Shown one piece after another: positions 49,567-63,000 of a stretch of DNA of 64,000 bases. The DNA is taken from positions 4,768,779 through 4,832,778 of the forward strand of contig CM082579.2 in NCBI GenBank assembly GCA_040954595.2, given 5' to 3'. The notes beneath the pieces were generated by a model. It searched no databases and was not told the DNA's origin. It saw nothing but the letters and a program-made list of their open reading frames with translations. This DNA comes from Balanoglossus misakiensis. Its lineage: Eukaryota > Animalia > Hemichordata. Each line of letters begins with the position of its first letter. Positions within the stretch are counted from its first letter, which is position 1. The translations under genes were made by a program, and so were the position numbers.

Positions 49567-52500
49567 TGTTCTGAAATAAAAAAAATATCATGATTTAAGA
49601 AACCAAAGGTGAAACATTATAGACGCGTATATTTTTGCTCTCGCGAAGTTCGCGACATTTCCCCGTTTTACAATAATTCTTTTGGTGCAGGCAGCGCGCA
49701 CGATGGTACCAGGAACCGAGTAACAAAATAATCATTGTATATTTGTATAAAATGTGAGTGCGACCTTTAGCTCAATCTTCTTCCCTGCATATACTAGTAG
49801 TTTGCACAAGCTGCTCGCAGTCGAAGCTGTTTCCCTAAAAGCTTATACATTGTATTTCAAAATCACGTGGAGCTTGCTAGCAAACCACATTCGTTGACTT
49901 TCTTTACTTCGGGAACGAATGTGGTTGTTTGGAAAGCAGGAGCCATTCACCAAATTGATCTCTGTTGATCTGTACTTCAGATTTTTTTTTCGTACGCGGT
50001 GGGTGGATGGATAGGCATTTTTAACCCTATACGTGTATATGTTTTTCTTGGCTAATCCGCGTGTTTATTCTGCATTTGAACCAATTCTGGCATGACACGC
50101 GCTCGCATTATCAAGTGATGGTTCATGTCGCATGCACAAGCTGTTCACGGTTGTGAATAATACAAAGTTTACTTTTTCACTGTTTATTTTGTTCAAAGTA
50201 GACGCGACGCAGCTGGTTAGTCGATTTTGAGACTAAAGAGAGACTGGCATAGACAGAGCGGAAAACATCCGCCATGCATCGTGGATTCTATGACAATTAT
50301 CCTCTGGGTCCGATGCGGGTCATCCGTCTATATGATTATATAAGCGAGCTGATGCCAGCAGTCGCTATGCTATAAGTTATTAGCTGCCACAACTGGTATT
50401 ATGGCAAAGATTAGTGTTTGGGCATCTGAACAATAATGCACTACTATGATACGCGCGTGGTTTATTGTTACACGGACAACAGTTGGAGATGAATAGAATC
50501 TACTTTCAACTAATACAACCCTCCAAGTACTCAAAATAAAATAAACAATAGTATTTTATATCTACAAAGTAGTGATGTCGCAGTTTTCCGTACAGATCAG
50601 ATTTTAATGTCTGAATTTATTTGCTGAACTGCCCACGTGAGTATCGACAATACAATAAACAGGTACCAATATTATTCACAGTATCAATAGTGGTCCCGAA
50701 TTGCAAGCTGTCACGTCACTTTATGAGAGACGACGAGGCTCACTAAATCCCATCTCGTAATTTCATTTGTCCGCATCGGTATTTGAAACAGCTGTAACTT
50801 CATGTGAATGCACGTAAGACGTGTCCATATTGATATCGCTGATTTTCTTGCATGACGTGAGGGTTTTTTGGACACATGTGGTACGCCCGAGTTCAAGAGA
50901 TCGTGATGTAATTTGCGTCAGACGCACACCGGAATTATATAGCGTATATCAATATTATGTCCTTTAAACGAAAGAAAAACTTCCAAGGATGCGGATGAGA
51001 GGGCGCTTTCACAACAGGAAGTTGCACAGGGATGTGATCAAGGTACATTTTTGTGATTCTACACATGGCAAAAGAAGCGTGCGGGGCATATGTGTTAGTG
51101 ACTACCAATATGCAAATCACTATCAAAACTAGGTTTGCAACCTCGTTTCTTTGGAAACTCCAAAGTTGCCAAGCGAATGTGATTGAATCATGTGATCACG
51201 CGTAGTGATAATAGTGCGTCACGCACGCTATATTGCGTCAAAGTTTTGATAATGGTTCTGATTTCATATGGCTTTAACATATGAACGACTTGACTCGGCA
51301 TTTACGCAAAATGTCTGAGAAAAATTTCAAGAACCAATCATTTCACGTTGACATCTCCCTTTTAAAAAAAAAACATCTTTGAAACTTTATCCCGTGGCAA
51401 TTTTCAATACCATCGGAAAATGCCAGGAACAAATTGCTTTCGCCAGGGAAAGAAATTCGCCGAGCCTAATTGAAACCTGATTGTGCGTATTGATCAGAGA
51501 GAATGGCGGCCGTGATTTGCCTGATTGGCAGCCGCGGATTCATTATATTTATATTTTGCTGTATTATTTCCCGTGGGCCATAGTGTGCTTATCCAATTTC
51601 ATCTCACAATTGGTTGACGTCGGCGCATTTTTGTGATTATCGCATCAACAATGACGACGGGGGAAACCTGCTAATGGTGTAATCCCGCCAAAAGTTGCAC
51701 GCAAAAAAATTCTCGCTGCATGATTATCGCCTTATTTGTATTCATTGGGACGAAGGACACAATATGCTGATAATTCTATCCCTTTTGCCATTGTTCGCGA
51801 TCGGCAAATGGCGGTGTACTACAAATGCCTGTGATTGTCAAGAAAAAAAACTGCAATCAATGTTTGCTAGCAGACGGCATACTGCATCTGCCGAGGACAT
51901 GTACGTTACTGTCTCTGCAAACCCTGCATCGACCGGGGGTTGTGTCGAGTTGCACATAAGTGGGGCGCAATCAAGCCCACATCTCGGCTTGAACAAGCAT
52001 CTTGAAGACGGGGCTGTTTTAACGCGCAATATCGGAAAATCTAATAGTGAATTTGTTGAGATGATTTACATTCCCCGTAGAAAGTCCAAATATCAGACAA
52101 TCCATTTACAATGATGTCAAAACACATTTTATGATCTCTCAAATGAAATTCGCTTCGGGGCACCATTCATCATACAGCCAATCGTCTTTACATGTAATCG
52201 GGCAGCTCGGCGGTGCACCGGAGAATCGAGTCCGAAACTTGGACTTCGTTTAATTACACAGTTATTTATTGCGGCAGATTGGAGATAGTGTTTGGGACAG
52301 GCATGCAGTTAAGATGGGCGAACCGGGTATTGCACGGGGCTTCGCAGAGGTCGTTTCTCTGCCGTTGCAAGTGGGCCAACAGAGTTGATCTCTCCGCGCG
52401 GTGCTCTTCTTCGCTACTGCATATAGATATGCATTGATTCAAGAATGTTTCTCATATCCGTGGACACAGATTGTCACCTTACGTCACGCCTGCTTTCCGT

Positions 52501-53812
52501 TTTGGATAATTTGCTATGTACACGACAGTTTGCTGAGATTAAGGCGTTCTTTACGAAAGAAAGTAAAAGTATATGGTGATGAACTTTAACACCCAATCAT
52601 AGATGCACGACGGTTGCCGCCGAGAATCGTTTTTTTTCCGTAATATCAAAGTGAATTAGGTGCAACAACGCCAGAGGAGTTAAGAATGTATCGATGTAAT
52701 TTAAATAATTCGTATGCATTGATTTTTCAAACACGAAAATAATATTACATAAGCCTGTATAGCTGCCCATGTATCAAGAACGTTAAGTTTCAAATCAATA
52801 ACGAACGGAAAGAAAGAAATATAGTGTTATATTCAGCCTTATCTTGGAGACACATTGTCAAAAAAGTAAGTAAGTGACGGTTACGTCATAATGAAAGCAC
52901 TTGAAAAAAAAACGATATAATAGCCGATTTCTTTGCAGACTTTTCTGTTTCATTTGATTACGGATTTTAATATGGTACACATTTTCAAAATATACCTTTA
53001 GTTGTGACAGATTACACGCGTGTTAATTTCATTAAGTCGATATAGAATGTCAACACTTTGTCAGTCGTTTAGAATTAAGCACTTAACATGATATGAATGG
53101 TTTTTTTTCAGAGACTGTGCAAAGATAGAGCGTCATAAGTCATTCAATGAATTATAAATTCTATAATTATACATAGCAGTTATACAACCCTTTGTGTGTC
53201 AAATTTGTCATTGATTTATCTAATTATTTTCTGAGTATCACAGAACGTAACCTGGTGAAGAAAGTGGCCAACCGAACAGTCGTCTACGAAGATCTATATG
53301 GAAGTCCAGAAGTCCCTAAATTTAAGAAAACGCTGAGAGAGATTAACGTTGAACAAACTACCCCAAAATCGAACCTTTTACCGGTGTCTCATTCGAGACA
53401 TAATTAACTGAAGGGATCTGAATGTTAATTCGCGTATATTATTATTTCTCTACCGATTCCCAATTGATGTGGTTTTATCAAATTCAAAGGAAATGTAGTT
53501 AAGAAGCTAAAAACGTATTAGTATTACTGTAGAAGGACACTGATGAACTTAATTTTATCACTCACTCAGGAAGTAAAATCCACGGCGATTGGCTCGTGCC
53601 CATGAGTGCAGTATAGCTCATGGAGGCAACATATGACATGATTATTTTAAGTTATTGCATTGGGCAATGCTTATGTGGGAAATAAACATATGGTATCATT
53701 TTTCCAACCGAATTTTATTTGACGTTTAATCTTGATTTATTTTACTAAAGATGGTCACCGTGGGGGTCGTATTGCTAAAGGTAATGCTGGCCTCCGTGAT
53801 GAAAACCCACAT

Positions 53813-54060
53813 CCCATGAAAAATGTCCCAAAAGTCGGAAATTTGTCATTTTTTTACAATTTTCATAACCTGAAACATGAAAATTATCCACAAATGAGAA
53901 AAACACTAAAATTCGCAAAGTCAAGAATTTGTCATTTCTTCACAATTTTCATGAGCTATAACCCATGAAAAATATCCACAAATGAGAAAAACACCAAAAA
54001 TTCGCAAGTCGAGAATTTGTCATTTTTTCACATTTTTTATGAGCTATAACCCATGAAAAT
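53813..54060 (-). repeat. Two to three diverged, inverted copies of the 88-bp satellite monomer
   Basis: Contain ATTTTCATGAGCTATAACCCATG (reverse complement of the array's CATGGGTTATAGCTCATGAAAAT) with ~89-bp spacing and many substitutions. Confidence 0.85.
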
Positions 54061-54068
54061 CAGAAATG

Positions 54069-57000
54069 TTTTTCGAAATTTGGTCATTTTTCGACAAAAA
54101 CCATGGGTTATAGCTCATGAAAATCGTCCAAAATCGACGATTTTTCGACTTCGCGGATTTTCGAAATTTGGTGGTTTTTCGACAAAAACCATGGGTTATA
54201 GCTCATGAAAATCGTCCAAAATCGACGATTTTTCGACTTCGCGGATTTTCGAAATTTGGTGGTTTTTCGACAAAAACCATGGGTTATAGCTCATGAAAAT
54301 CGTCCAAAATCGACGATTTTTCGACTTCGCGGATTTTCGAAATTTGGTGGTTTTTCGACAAAAACCATGGGTTATAGCTCATGAAAATCGTCCAAATCGA
54401 CGATTTTTCGACTTCGCGGGATTTTTCGAAATTTGGTGGTTTTTCGACAAAAACCATGGGTTATAGCTCATGAAAATCGTCCAAAATCGACGATTTTTCG
54501 ACTTCGCGGATTTTCGAAATTTGGTGGTTTTTCGACAAAAACCATGGGTTATAGCTCATGAAAATCGTCCAAAATCGACGATTTTTCGACTTCGCGGATT
54601 TTCGAAATTTGGTGGTTTTCGACAAAAACCATGGGTTATAGCTCATGAAAATCGTCCAAAATCGACGATTTTTCGACTTCGCGGATTTCGAAATTTGGTG
54701 GTTTTTCGACAAAAACCATGGGTTATAGCTCATGAAAATCGTCCAAAATCGACGATTTTTCGACTTCGCGGATTTTCGAAATTTGGTGGTTTTTCGACAA
54801 AAACCATGGGTTATAGCTCATGAAAATCGTCCAAAATCGACGATTTTTCGACTTCGCGGATTTTCGAAATTTGGTGGTTTTTCGACAAAAACCATGGGTT
54901 ATAGCTCATGAAAATCGTCCAAAATCGACGATTTTTCGACTTCGCGGATTTTCGAAATTTGGTGGTTTTTCGACAAAAACCATGGGTTATAGCTCATGAA
55001 AATCGTCCAAAATCGACGATTTTTCGACTTCGCGGATTTTCGAAATTTGGTGGTTTTTCGACAAAAACCATGGGTTATAGCTCATGAAATCGTCCAAAAT
55101 CGACGATTTTTCGACTTCGCGGATTTTCGAAATTTGGTGGTTTTTCGACAAAAACCATGGGTTATAGCTCATGAAAATCGTCCAAAATCGACGATTTTTC
55201 GACTTCGCGGATTTTCGAAATTTGGTGGTTTTTCGACAAAAACCATGGGTTATAGCTCATGAAAATCGTCCAAAATCGACGATTTTTCGACTTCGCGGAT
55301 TTTCGAAATTTGGTGGTTTTTCGACAAAAACCATGGGTTATAGCTCATGAAAATCGTCCAAAATCGACGATTTTTCGACTTCGCGGATTTTCGAAATTTG
55401 GTGGATTTTCGACAAAAACCATGGGTTATAGCTCATGAAAATCGTCCAAAATCGACGAATTTTTCGACTTCGCGGATTTCGAAATTTGGTGGATTTTCGA
55501 CAAAAACCATGGGTTATAGCTCATGAAAATCGTCCAAAATCGACGATTTTTCGACTTCGCGGATTTTCGAAATTTGGTGGTTTTTCGACAAAAACCATGG
55601 GTTATAGCTCATGAAAATCGTCCCAAAATCGACGATTTTCGACTTCGCGGATTTTCGAAATTTGGTGGATTTTCGACAAAAATCATGGGTTATAGCTCAT
55701 GAAAATCGTCCAAAATCGACGATTTTTCGACTTCGCGGATTTTCGAAATTTGGTGGTTTTTCGACAAAAACCATGGGTTATAGCTCATGAAAATCGTCCA
55801 AAATCGACGATTTTTTCGACTTCGCGGATTTTCGAAATTTGGTGGTTTTTCGACAAAAACCATGGGTTATAGCTCATGAAAATCGTCCAAAATCGACGAT
55901 TTTTCGACTTCGCGGATTTTCGAAATTTGGTGGTTTTTCGACAAAAACCATGGGTTATAGCTCATGAAAATCGTCCAAAATCGACGATTTTTCGACTTCG
56001 CGGATTTTCGAAATTTGGTGGTTTTTCGACAAAAACCATGGGTTATAGCTCATGAAAATCGTCCAAAATCGACGATTTTTCGACTTCGCGGATTTTCGAA
56101 ATTTGGTGGTTTTTCGACAAAAAACCATGGGTTATAGCTCATGAAAATCGTCCAAAATCGACGATTTTTCGACTTCGCGGATTTTCGAAATTTGGTGTTT
56201 TTCGACAAAAACCATGGGTTATAGCTCATGAAAATCGTCCAAAATCGACGATTTTTCGACTTCGCGGATTTTCGAAATTTGGTGGTTTTTCGACAAAAAC
56301 CATGGGTTATAGCTCATGAAAATCGTCCAAAATCGACGATTTTTCGACTTCGCGGATTTTCGAAATTTGGTGGTTTTTCGACAAAAACCATGGGTTATAG
56401 CTCATGAAAATCGTCCAAAATCGACGATTTTTCGACTTCGCGGATTTCGAAATTTGGTGGTTTTTCGACAAAACCATGGGTTATAGCTCATGAAAATCGT
56501 CCAAAATCGACGATTTTTCGACTTCGCGGATTTTCGAAATTTGGTGGTTTTTCGACAAAAACCATGGGTTATAGCTCATGAAAATCGTCCAAAATCGACG
56601 ATTTTTCGACTTCGCGGATTTTCGAAATTTGGTGGTTTTTCGACAAAAACCATGGGTTATAGCTCATGAAAATCGTCCAAAATCGACGATTTTTCGACTT
56701 CGCGGATTTTCGAAATTTGGTGGTTTTTCGACAAAAACCATGGGTTATAGCTCATGAAAATCGTCCAAAATCGACGATTTTTCGACTTCGCGGATTTTCG
56801 AAATTTGGTGGTTTTTCGACAAAAACCATGGGTTATAGCTCATGAAAATCGTCCAAAATCGACGATTTTTCGACTTCGCGGATTTTCGAAATTTGGTGGT
56901 TTTTCGACAAAAACCATGGGTTATAGCTCATGAAAATCGTCCAAAATCGACGATTTTTCGACTTCGCGGATTTTCGAAATTTGGTGGTTTTTCGACAAAA

Positions 57001-60000
57001 ACCATGGGTTATAGCTCATGAAAATCGTCCAAAATCGACGATTTTTCGACTTCGCGGATTTTCGAAATTTGGTGGTTTTTCGACAAAAACCATGGGTTTA
57101 TAGCTCATGAAAATCGTCCAAAATCGACGATTTTTCGACTTCGCGGATTTTCGAAATTGGTGGTTTTTCGACAAAAACCATGGGTTATAGCTCATGAAAA
57201 TCGTCCAAAATCGACGATTTTTCGACTTCGCGGATTTTCGAAATTTGGTGGTTTTTCGACAAAAACCATGGGTTATAGCTCATGAAAATCGTCCAAAATC
57301 GACGATTTTTCGACTTCGCGGATTTTCGAAATTTGGTGGTTTTTCGACAGAAACCATGGGTTATAGCTCATGAAAATCGTCCAAATCGACGATTTTTCGA
57401 CTTCGCGGATTTTCGAAATTTGTGGTTTTTCGACAAAAACCATGGGTTATAGCTCATGAAAATCGTCCAAAATCGACGATTTTTCGACTTCGCGGATTTT
57501 CGAAATTTGGTGGTTTTTCGACAAAAACCATGGGTTATAGCTCATGAAAATCGTCCAAAATCGACGATTTTTCGACTTCGCGGATTTTCGAAATTTGGTG
57601 GTTTTTCGACAAAAACCATGGGTTATAGCTCATGAAAATCGTCCAAAATCGACGATTTTTCGACTTCGCGGATTTTCGAACTTTGGTGGTTTTTCGACAA
57701 AAACCATGGGTTATAGCTCATGAAAATCGTCCAAAATCGACGATTTTTCGACTTCGCGGATTTTCGAAATTTGATGGTTTTTCGACAAAAACCATGGGTT
57801 ATAGCTCATGAAAAATCGTCCAAAATCGACGATTTTTCGACTACGCGGATTTTCGAAATTTGGTGGTTTTTCGACAAAAACCATGGGTTATAGCTCATGA
57901 AAATCGTCCAAAATCGACGATTTTTCGACTTCGCGGATTTTCGAAATTTGGTGGTTTTTCGACAAAAACCATGGGTTATAGCTCATGAAAATCGTCCAAA
58001 ATCGACGATTTTTCCGACTTCGCGGATTTTCGAAATTTGGTGGTTTTTCGACAAAAACCATGGGTTATAGCTCATGAAAATCGTCCAAAATCGACGATTT
58101 TTCGACTTCGCGGATTTTCGAAATTTGGTGGTTTTTCGACAAAAACCATGGGTTATAGCTCATGAAAATCGTCCAAAATCGACGATTTTTCGACTTCGCG
58201 GATTTTCGAAATTTGGTGGTTTTTCGACAAAAACCATGGGTTATAGCTCATGAAAATCGTCCAAATCGACGATTTTTCGACTTCGCGGATTTTCGAAATT
58301 TGGTGGTTTTTCGACAAAAACCATGGGTTATAGCTCATGAAAATCGTCCAAAATCGACGATTTTTCGACTTCGCGGATTTTCGAAATTTGGTGGTTTTTC
58401 GACAAAAACCATGGGTTATAGCTCATGAAAATCGTCCAAAATCGACGATTTTTCGACTTCGCGGATTTTCGAAATTTGGTGGATTTTCGACAAAAACCAT
58501 GGGTTATAGCTCATGAAAATCGTCCAAAATCGACGATTTTTCGACTTCGCGGATTTTCGAAATTTGGTGGTTTTTCGACAAAAACATGGGTTATAGCTCA
58601 TGAAAATCGTCCAAAATCGACGATTTTTCGACTTCGCGGATTTTCGAAATTTGGTGGTTTTTCGACAAAAACCATGGGTTATAGCTCATGAAAATCGTCC
58701 AAAATCGACGATTTTTCGACTTCGCGGATTTTCGAAATTTGGTGGTTTTTCGACAAAAACCATGGGTTATAGCTCATGAAAATCGTCCAAAATCGACGAT
58801 TTTTCGACTTCGCGGATTTTCGAAATTTGGTGGTTTTTCGACAAAAACCATGGGTTATAGCTCATGAAAATCGTCCAAAATCGACGATTTTTCGACTACG
58901 CGGATTTTCGAAATTTGGTGGTTTTTCGACAAAAACCATGGGTTATAGCTCATGAAAATCGTCCAAAATCGACGATTTTTCGACTTCGCGGATTTTCGAA
59001 ATTTGGTGGTTTTTCGACAAAAACCATGGGTTATAGCTCATGAAAATCGTCCAAAATCGACGATTTTTCGACTTCGCGGATTTTCGAAATTTGGTGGTTT
59101 TTCGACAAAAACCATGGGTTATAGCTCATGAAAATCGTCCAAAATCGACGATTTTTCGACTTCGCGGATTTTCGAAATTTGGTGGTTTTTCGACAAAAAC
59201 CATGGGTTATAGCTCATGAAAATCGTCCCAAAATCGACGATTTTTCGACTTCGCGGATTTTCGAAATTTGGTGGTTTTTCGACAAAAACCATGGGTTATA
59301 GCTCATGAAAATCGTCCAAAATCGACGATTTTTCGACTTCGCGGATTTTCGAAATTTGGTGGTTTTTCGACAAAAACCATGGGTTATAGCTCATGAAAAT
59401 CGTCCAAAATCGACGATTTTTCGACTTCGCGGATTTTCGAAATTTGGTGGATTTTTCGACAAAAACCATGGGTTATAGCTCATGAAAATCGTCCAAAATC
59501 GACGATTTTTCGACTTCGCGGATTTTCGAAATTTGGTGGTTTTTCGACAAAAACCATGGGTTATAGCTCATGAAAATCGTCCAAAATCGACGATTTTTCG
59601 ACTTCGCGGATTTTCGAAATTTGGTGGTTTTCGACAAAAACCATGGGTTATAGCTCATGAAAATCGTCCAAAATCGACGATTTTTCGACTTCGCGGATTT
59701 TCGAAATTTGGTGGTTTTTCGACAAAAACATGGGTTATAGCTCATGAAAATCGTCCAAAATCGACGATTTTTCGACTTCGCGGATTTTCGAAATTTGGTG
59801 GTTTTTCGACAAAAACCATGGGTTATAGCTCATGAAAATCGTCCAAAATCGACGATTTTTCGACTTCGCGGATTTTCGAAATTTGGTGATTTTCGACAAA
59901 AACCATGGGTTATAGCTCATGAAAATCGTCCAAAATCGACGATTTTTCGACTTCGCGGATTTTCGAAATTTGGTGGTTTTTCGACAAAAACCATGGGTTA

Positions 60001-63000
60001 TAGCTCATGAAAATCGTCCAAAATCGACGATTTTTCGACTTCGCGGATTTTCGAAAATTTGGTGGTTTTTCGACAAAAACCATGGGTATAGCTCATGAAA
60101 ATCGTCCAAAATCGACGATTTTTCGACTTCGCGGATTTTCGAAATTTGGTGGGTTTTTCGACAAAAACCATGGGTTTTAGCTCATGAAAATCGTCCAAAA
60201 TCGACGATTTTTCGACTTCGCGGATTTTCGAAATTTGGTGGATTTTCGACAAAAACCATGGGTTATAGCTCATGAAAATCGTCCAAAATCGACGATTTTT
60301 CGACTTCGCGGATTTTCGAAATTTGGTGGTTTTTCGACAAAAACCATGGGTTATAGCTCATGAAAATCGTCCAAAATCGACGATTTTTCGACTTCGCGGA
60401 TTTTCGAAATTTGGTGTTTTTCGACAAAAACCATGGGTTATAGCTCATGAAAATCGTCCAAAATCGACGATTTTTCGACTTCGCGGATTTTCGAAATTTG
60501 GTGGTTTTTCGACAAAAACCATGGGTTATAGCTCATGAAAATCGTCCAAAATCGACGATTTTTCGACTTCGCGGATTTTCGAAATTTGGTGGTTTTTCGA
60601 CAAAAACCATGGGTTATAGCTCATGAAAATCGTCCAAAATCGACGATTTTTCGACTTCGCGGATTTTCGAAATTTGGTGGTTTTTTCGACAAAAACCATG
60701 GGTTATAGCTCATGAAAATCGTCCAAAATCGACGATTTTTCGACTTCGCGGATTTTCGAAATTTGGTGGTTTTCGACAAAAACCATGGGTTATAGCTCAT
60801 GAAAATCGTCCAAAATCGACGATTTTTCGACTTCGCGGATTTTCGAAATTTGGTGGTTTTTCGACAAAAACCATGGGTTATAGCTCATGAAAATCGTCCA
60901 AAATCGACGATTTTTCGACTTCGCGGATTTTCGAAATTTGGTGGTTTTTCGACAAAAACATGGGTTATAGCTCATGAAAATCGTCCAAAATCGACGATTT
61001 TTCGACTTCGCGGATTTTCGAAATTTGGTGGTTTTTCGACAAAAACCATGGGTTATAGCTCATGAAAATCGTCCAAAATCGACGATTTTTCGACTTCGCG
61101 GATTTTCGAAATTTGGTGGTTTTTTCGACAAAAACCATGGGTTATAGCTCATGAAAATCGTCCAAAATCGACGATTTTTCGACTTCGCGGATTTTCGAAA
61201 TTTGGTGGTTTTTCGACAAAAACCATGGGTTATAGCTCATGAAAATCGTCCAAAATCGACGATTTTTCGACTTCGCGGATTTTCGAAATTTGGTGGATTT
61301 TCGACAAAAACCATGGGTTATAGCTCATGAAAATCGTCCAAAATCGACGATTTTTCGACTTCGCGGATTTTCGAAATTTGGTGGATTTTCGACAAAAACC
61401 ATGGGTTATAGCTCATGAAAATCGTCCAAAATCGACGATTTTTCGACTTCGCGGATTTTCGAAATTTGGTGGATTTTCGACAAAAACCATGGGTTATAGC
61501 TCATGAAAATCGTCCAAAATCGACGATTTTTCGACTTCGCGGATTTTCGAAATTTGGTGGTTTTTCGACAAAAACCATGGGTTATAGCTCATGAAAATCG
61601 TCCAAAATCGACGATTTTTCGACTTCGCGGATTTTCGAAATTTGGTGGTTTTTCGACAAAAACCATGGGTTATAGCTCATGAAAATCGTCCAAAATCGAC
61701 GATTTTTCGACTTCGCGGATTTTCGAAATTTGGTGGTTTTTCGACAAAAACCATGGGTTATAGCTCATGAAAATCGTCCAAAATCGACGATTTTTCGACT
61801 TCGCGGATTTTCGAAATTTGGTGGTTTTTCGACAAAAACCATGGGTTATAGCTCATGAAAATCGTCCAAAATCGACGATTTTTCGACTTCGCGGATTTTC
61901 GAAATTTGGTGGTTTTTCGACAAAAACCATGGGTTATAGCTCATGAAAATCGTCCAAAATCGACGATTTTTCGACTTCGCGGATTTTCGAAATTTGGTGG
62001 TTTTTCGACAAAAACCATGGGTTATAGCTCATGAAAATCGTCCAAAATCGACGATTTTTCGACTTCGCGGATTTTCGAAATTTGGTGGTTTTTCGACAAA
62101 ACCATGGGTTATAGCTCATGAAAATCGTCCAAAATCGACGATTTTTCGACTTCGCGGATTTTCGAAATTTGGTGGTTTTTCGACAAAAACCATGGGTTAT
62201 AGCTCATGAAAATCGTCCAAAATCGACGATTTTTCGACTTCGCGGATTTTCGAAATTGGTGGATTTTCGACAAAAACCATGGGTTATAGCTCATGAAAAT
62301 CGTCCAAAATCGACGATTTTTCGACTTCGCGGATTTTCGAAATTTGGTGGTTTTTCGACAAAAACCATGGGTTATAGCTCATGAAAATCGTCCAAAATCG
62401 ACGATTTTTCGACTTCGCGGATTTTCGAAATTTGGTGGTTTTTCGACAAAAACCATGGGTTATAGCTCATGAAAATCGTCCAAAATCGACGATTTTTCGA
62501 CTTCGCGGATTTTCGAAATTTGGTGGATTTTCGACAAAAACCATGGGTTATAGCTCATGAAAATCGTCCAAAATCGACGATTTTTCGACTTCGCGGATTT
62601 TCGAAATTTGGTGGTTTTTCGACAAAAACCATGGGTTATAGCTCATGAAAATCGTCCAAAATCGACGATTTTTCGACTTCGCGGATTTTCGAAATTTGTG
62701 GTTTTTCGACAAAAACCATGGGTTATAGCTCATGAAAATCGTCCAAAATCGACGATTTTTCGACTTCGCGGATTTTCGAAATTTGGTGGTTTTTCGACAA
62801 AAACCATGGGTTATAGCTCATGAAAATCGTCCAAAATCGACGATTTTTCGACTTCTGCGGATTTTCGAAATTTGGTGGTTTTTCGACAAAAACATGGGTT
62901 ATAGCTCATGAAAATCGTCCAAAATCGACGATTTTTCGACTTCGCGGATTTTCGAAATTGGTGGGTTTTCGACAAAAAACCATGGGTTATAGCCATGAAA

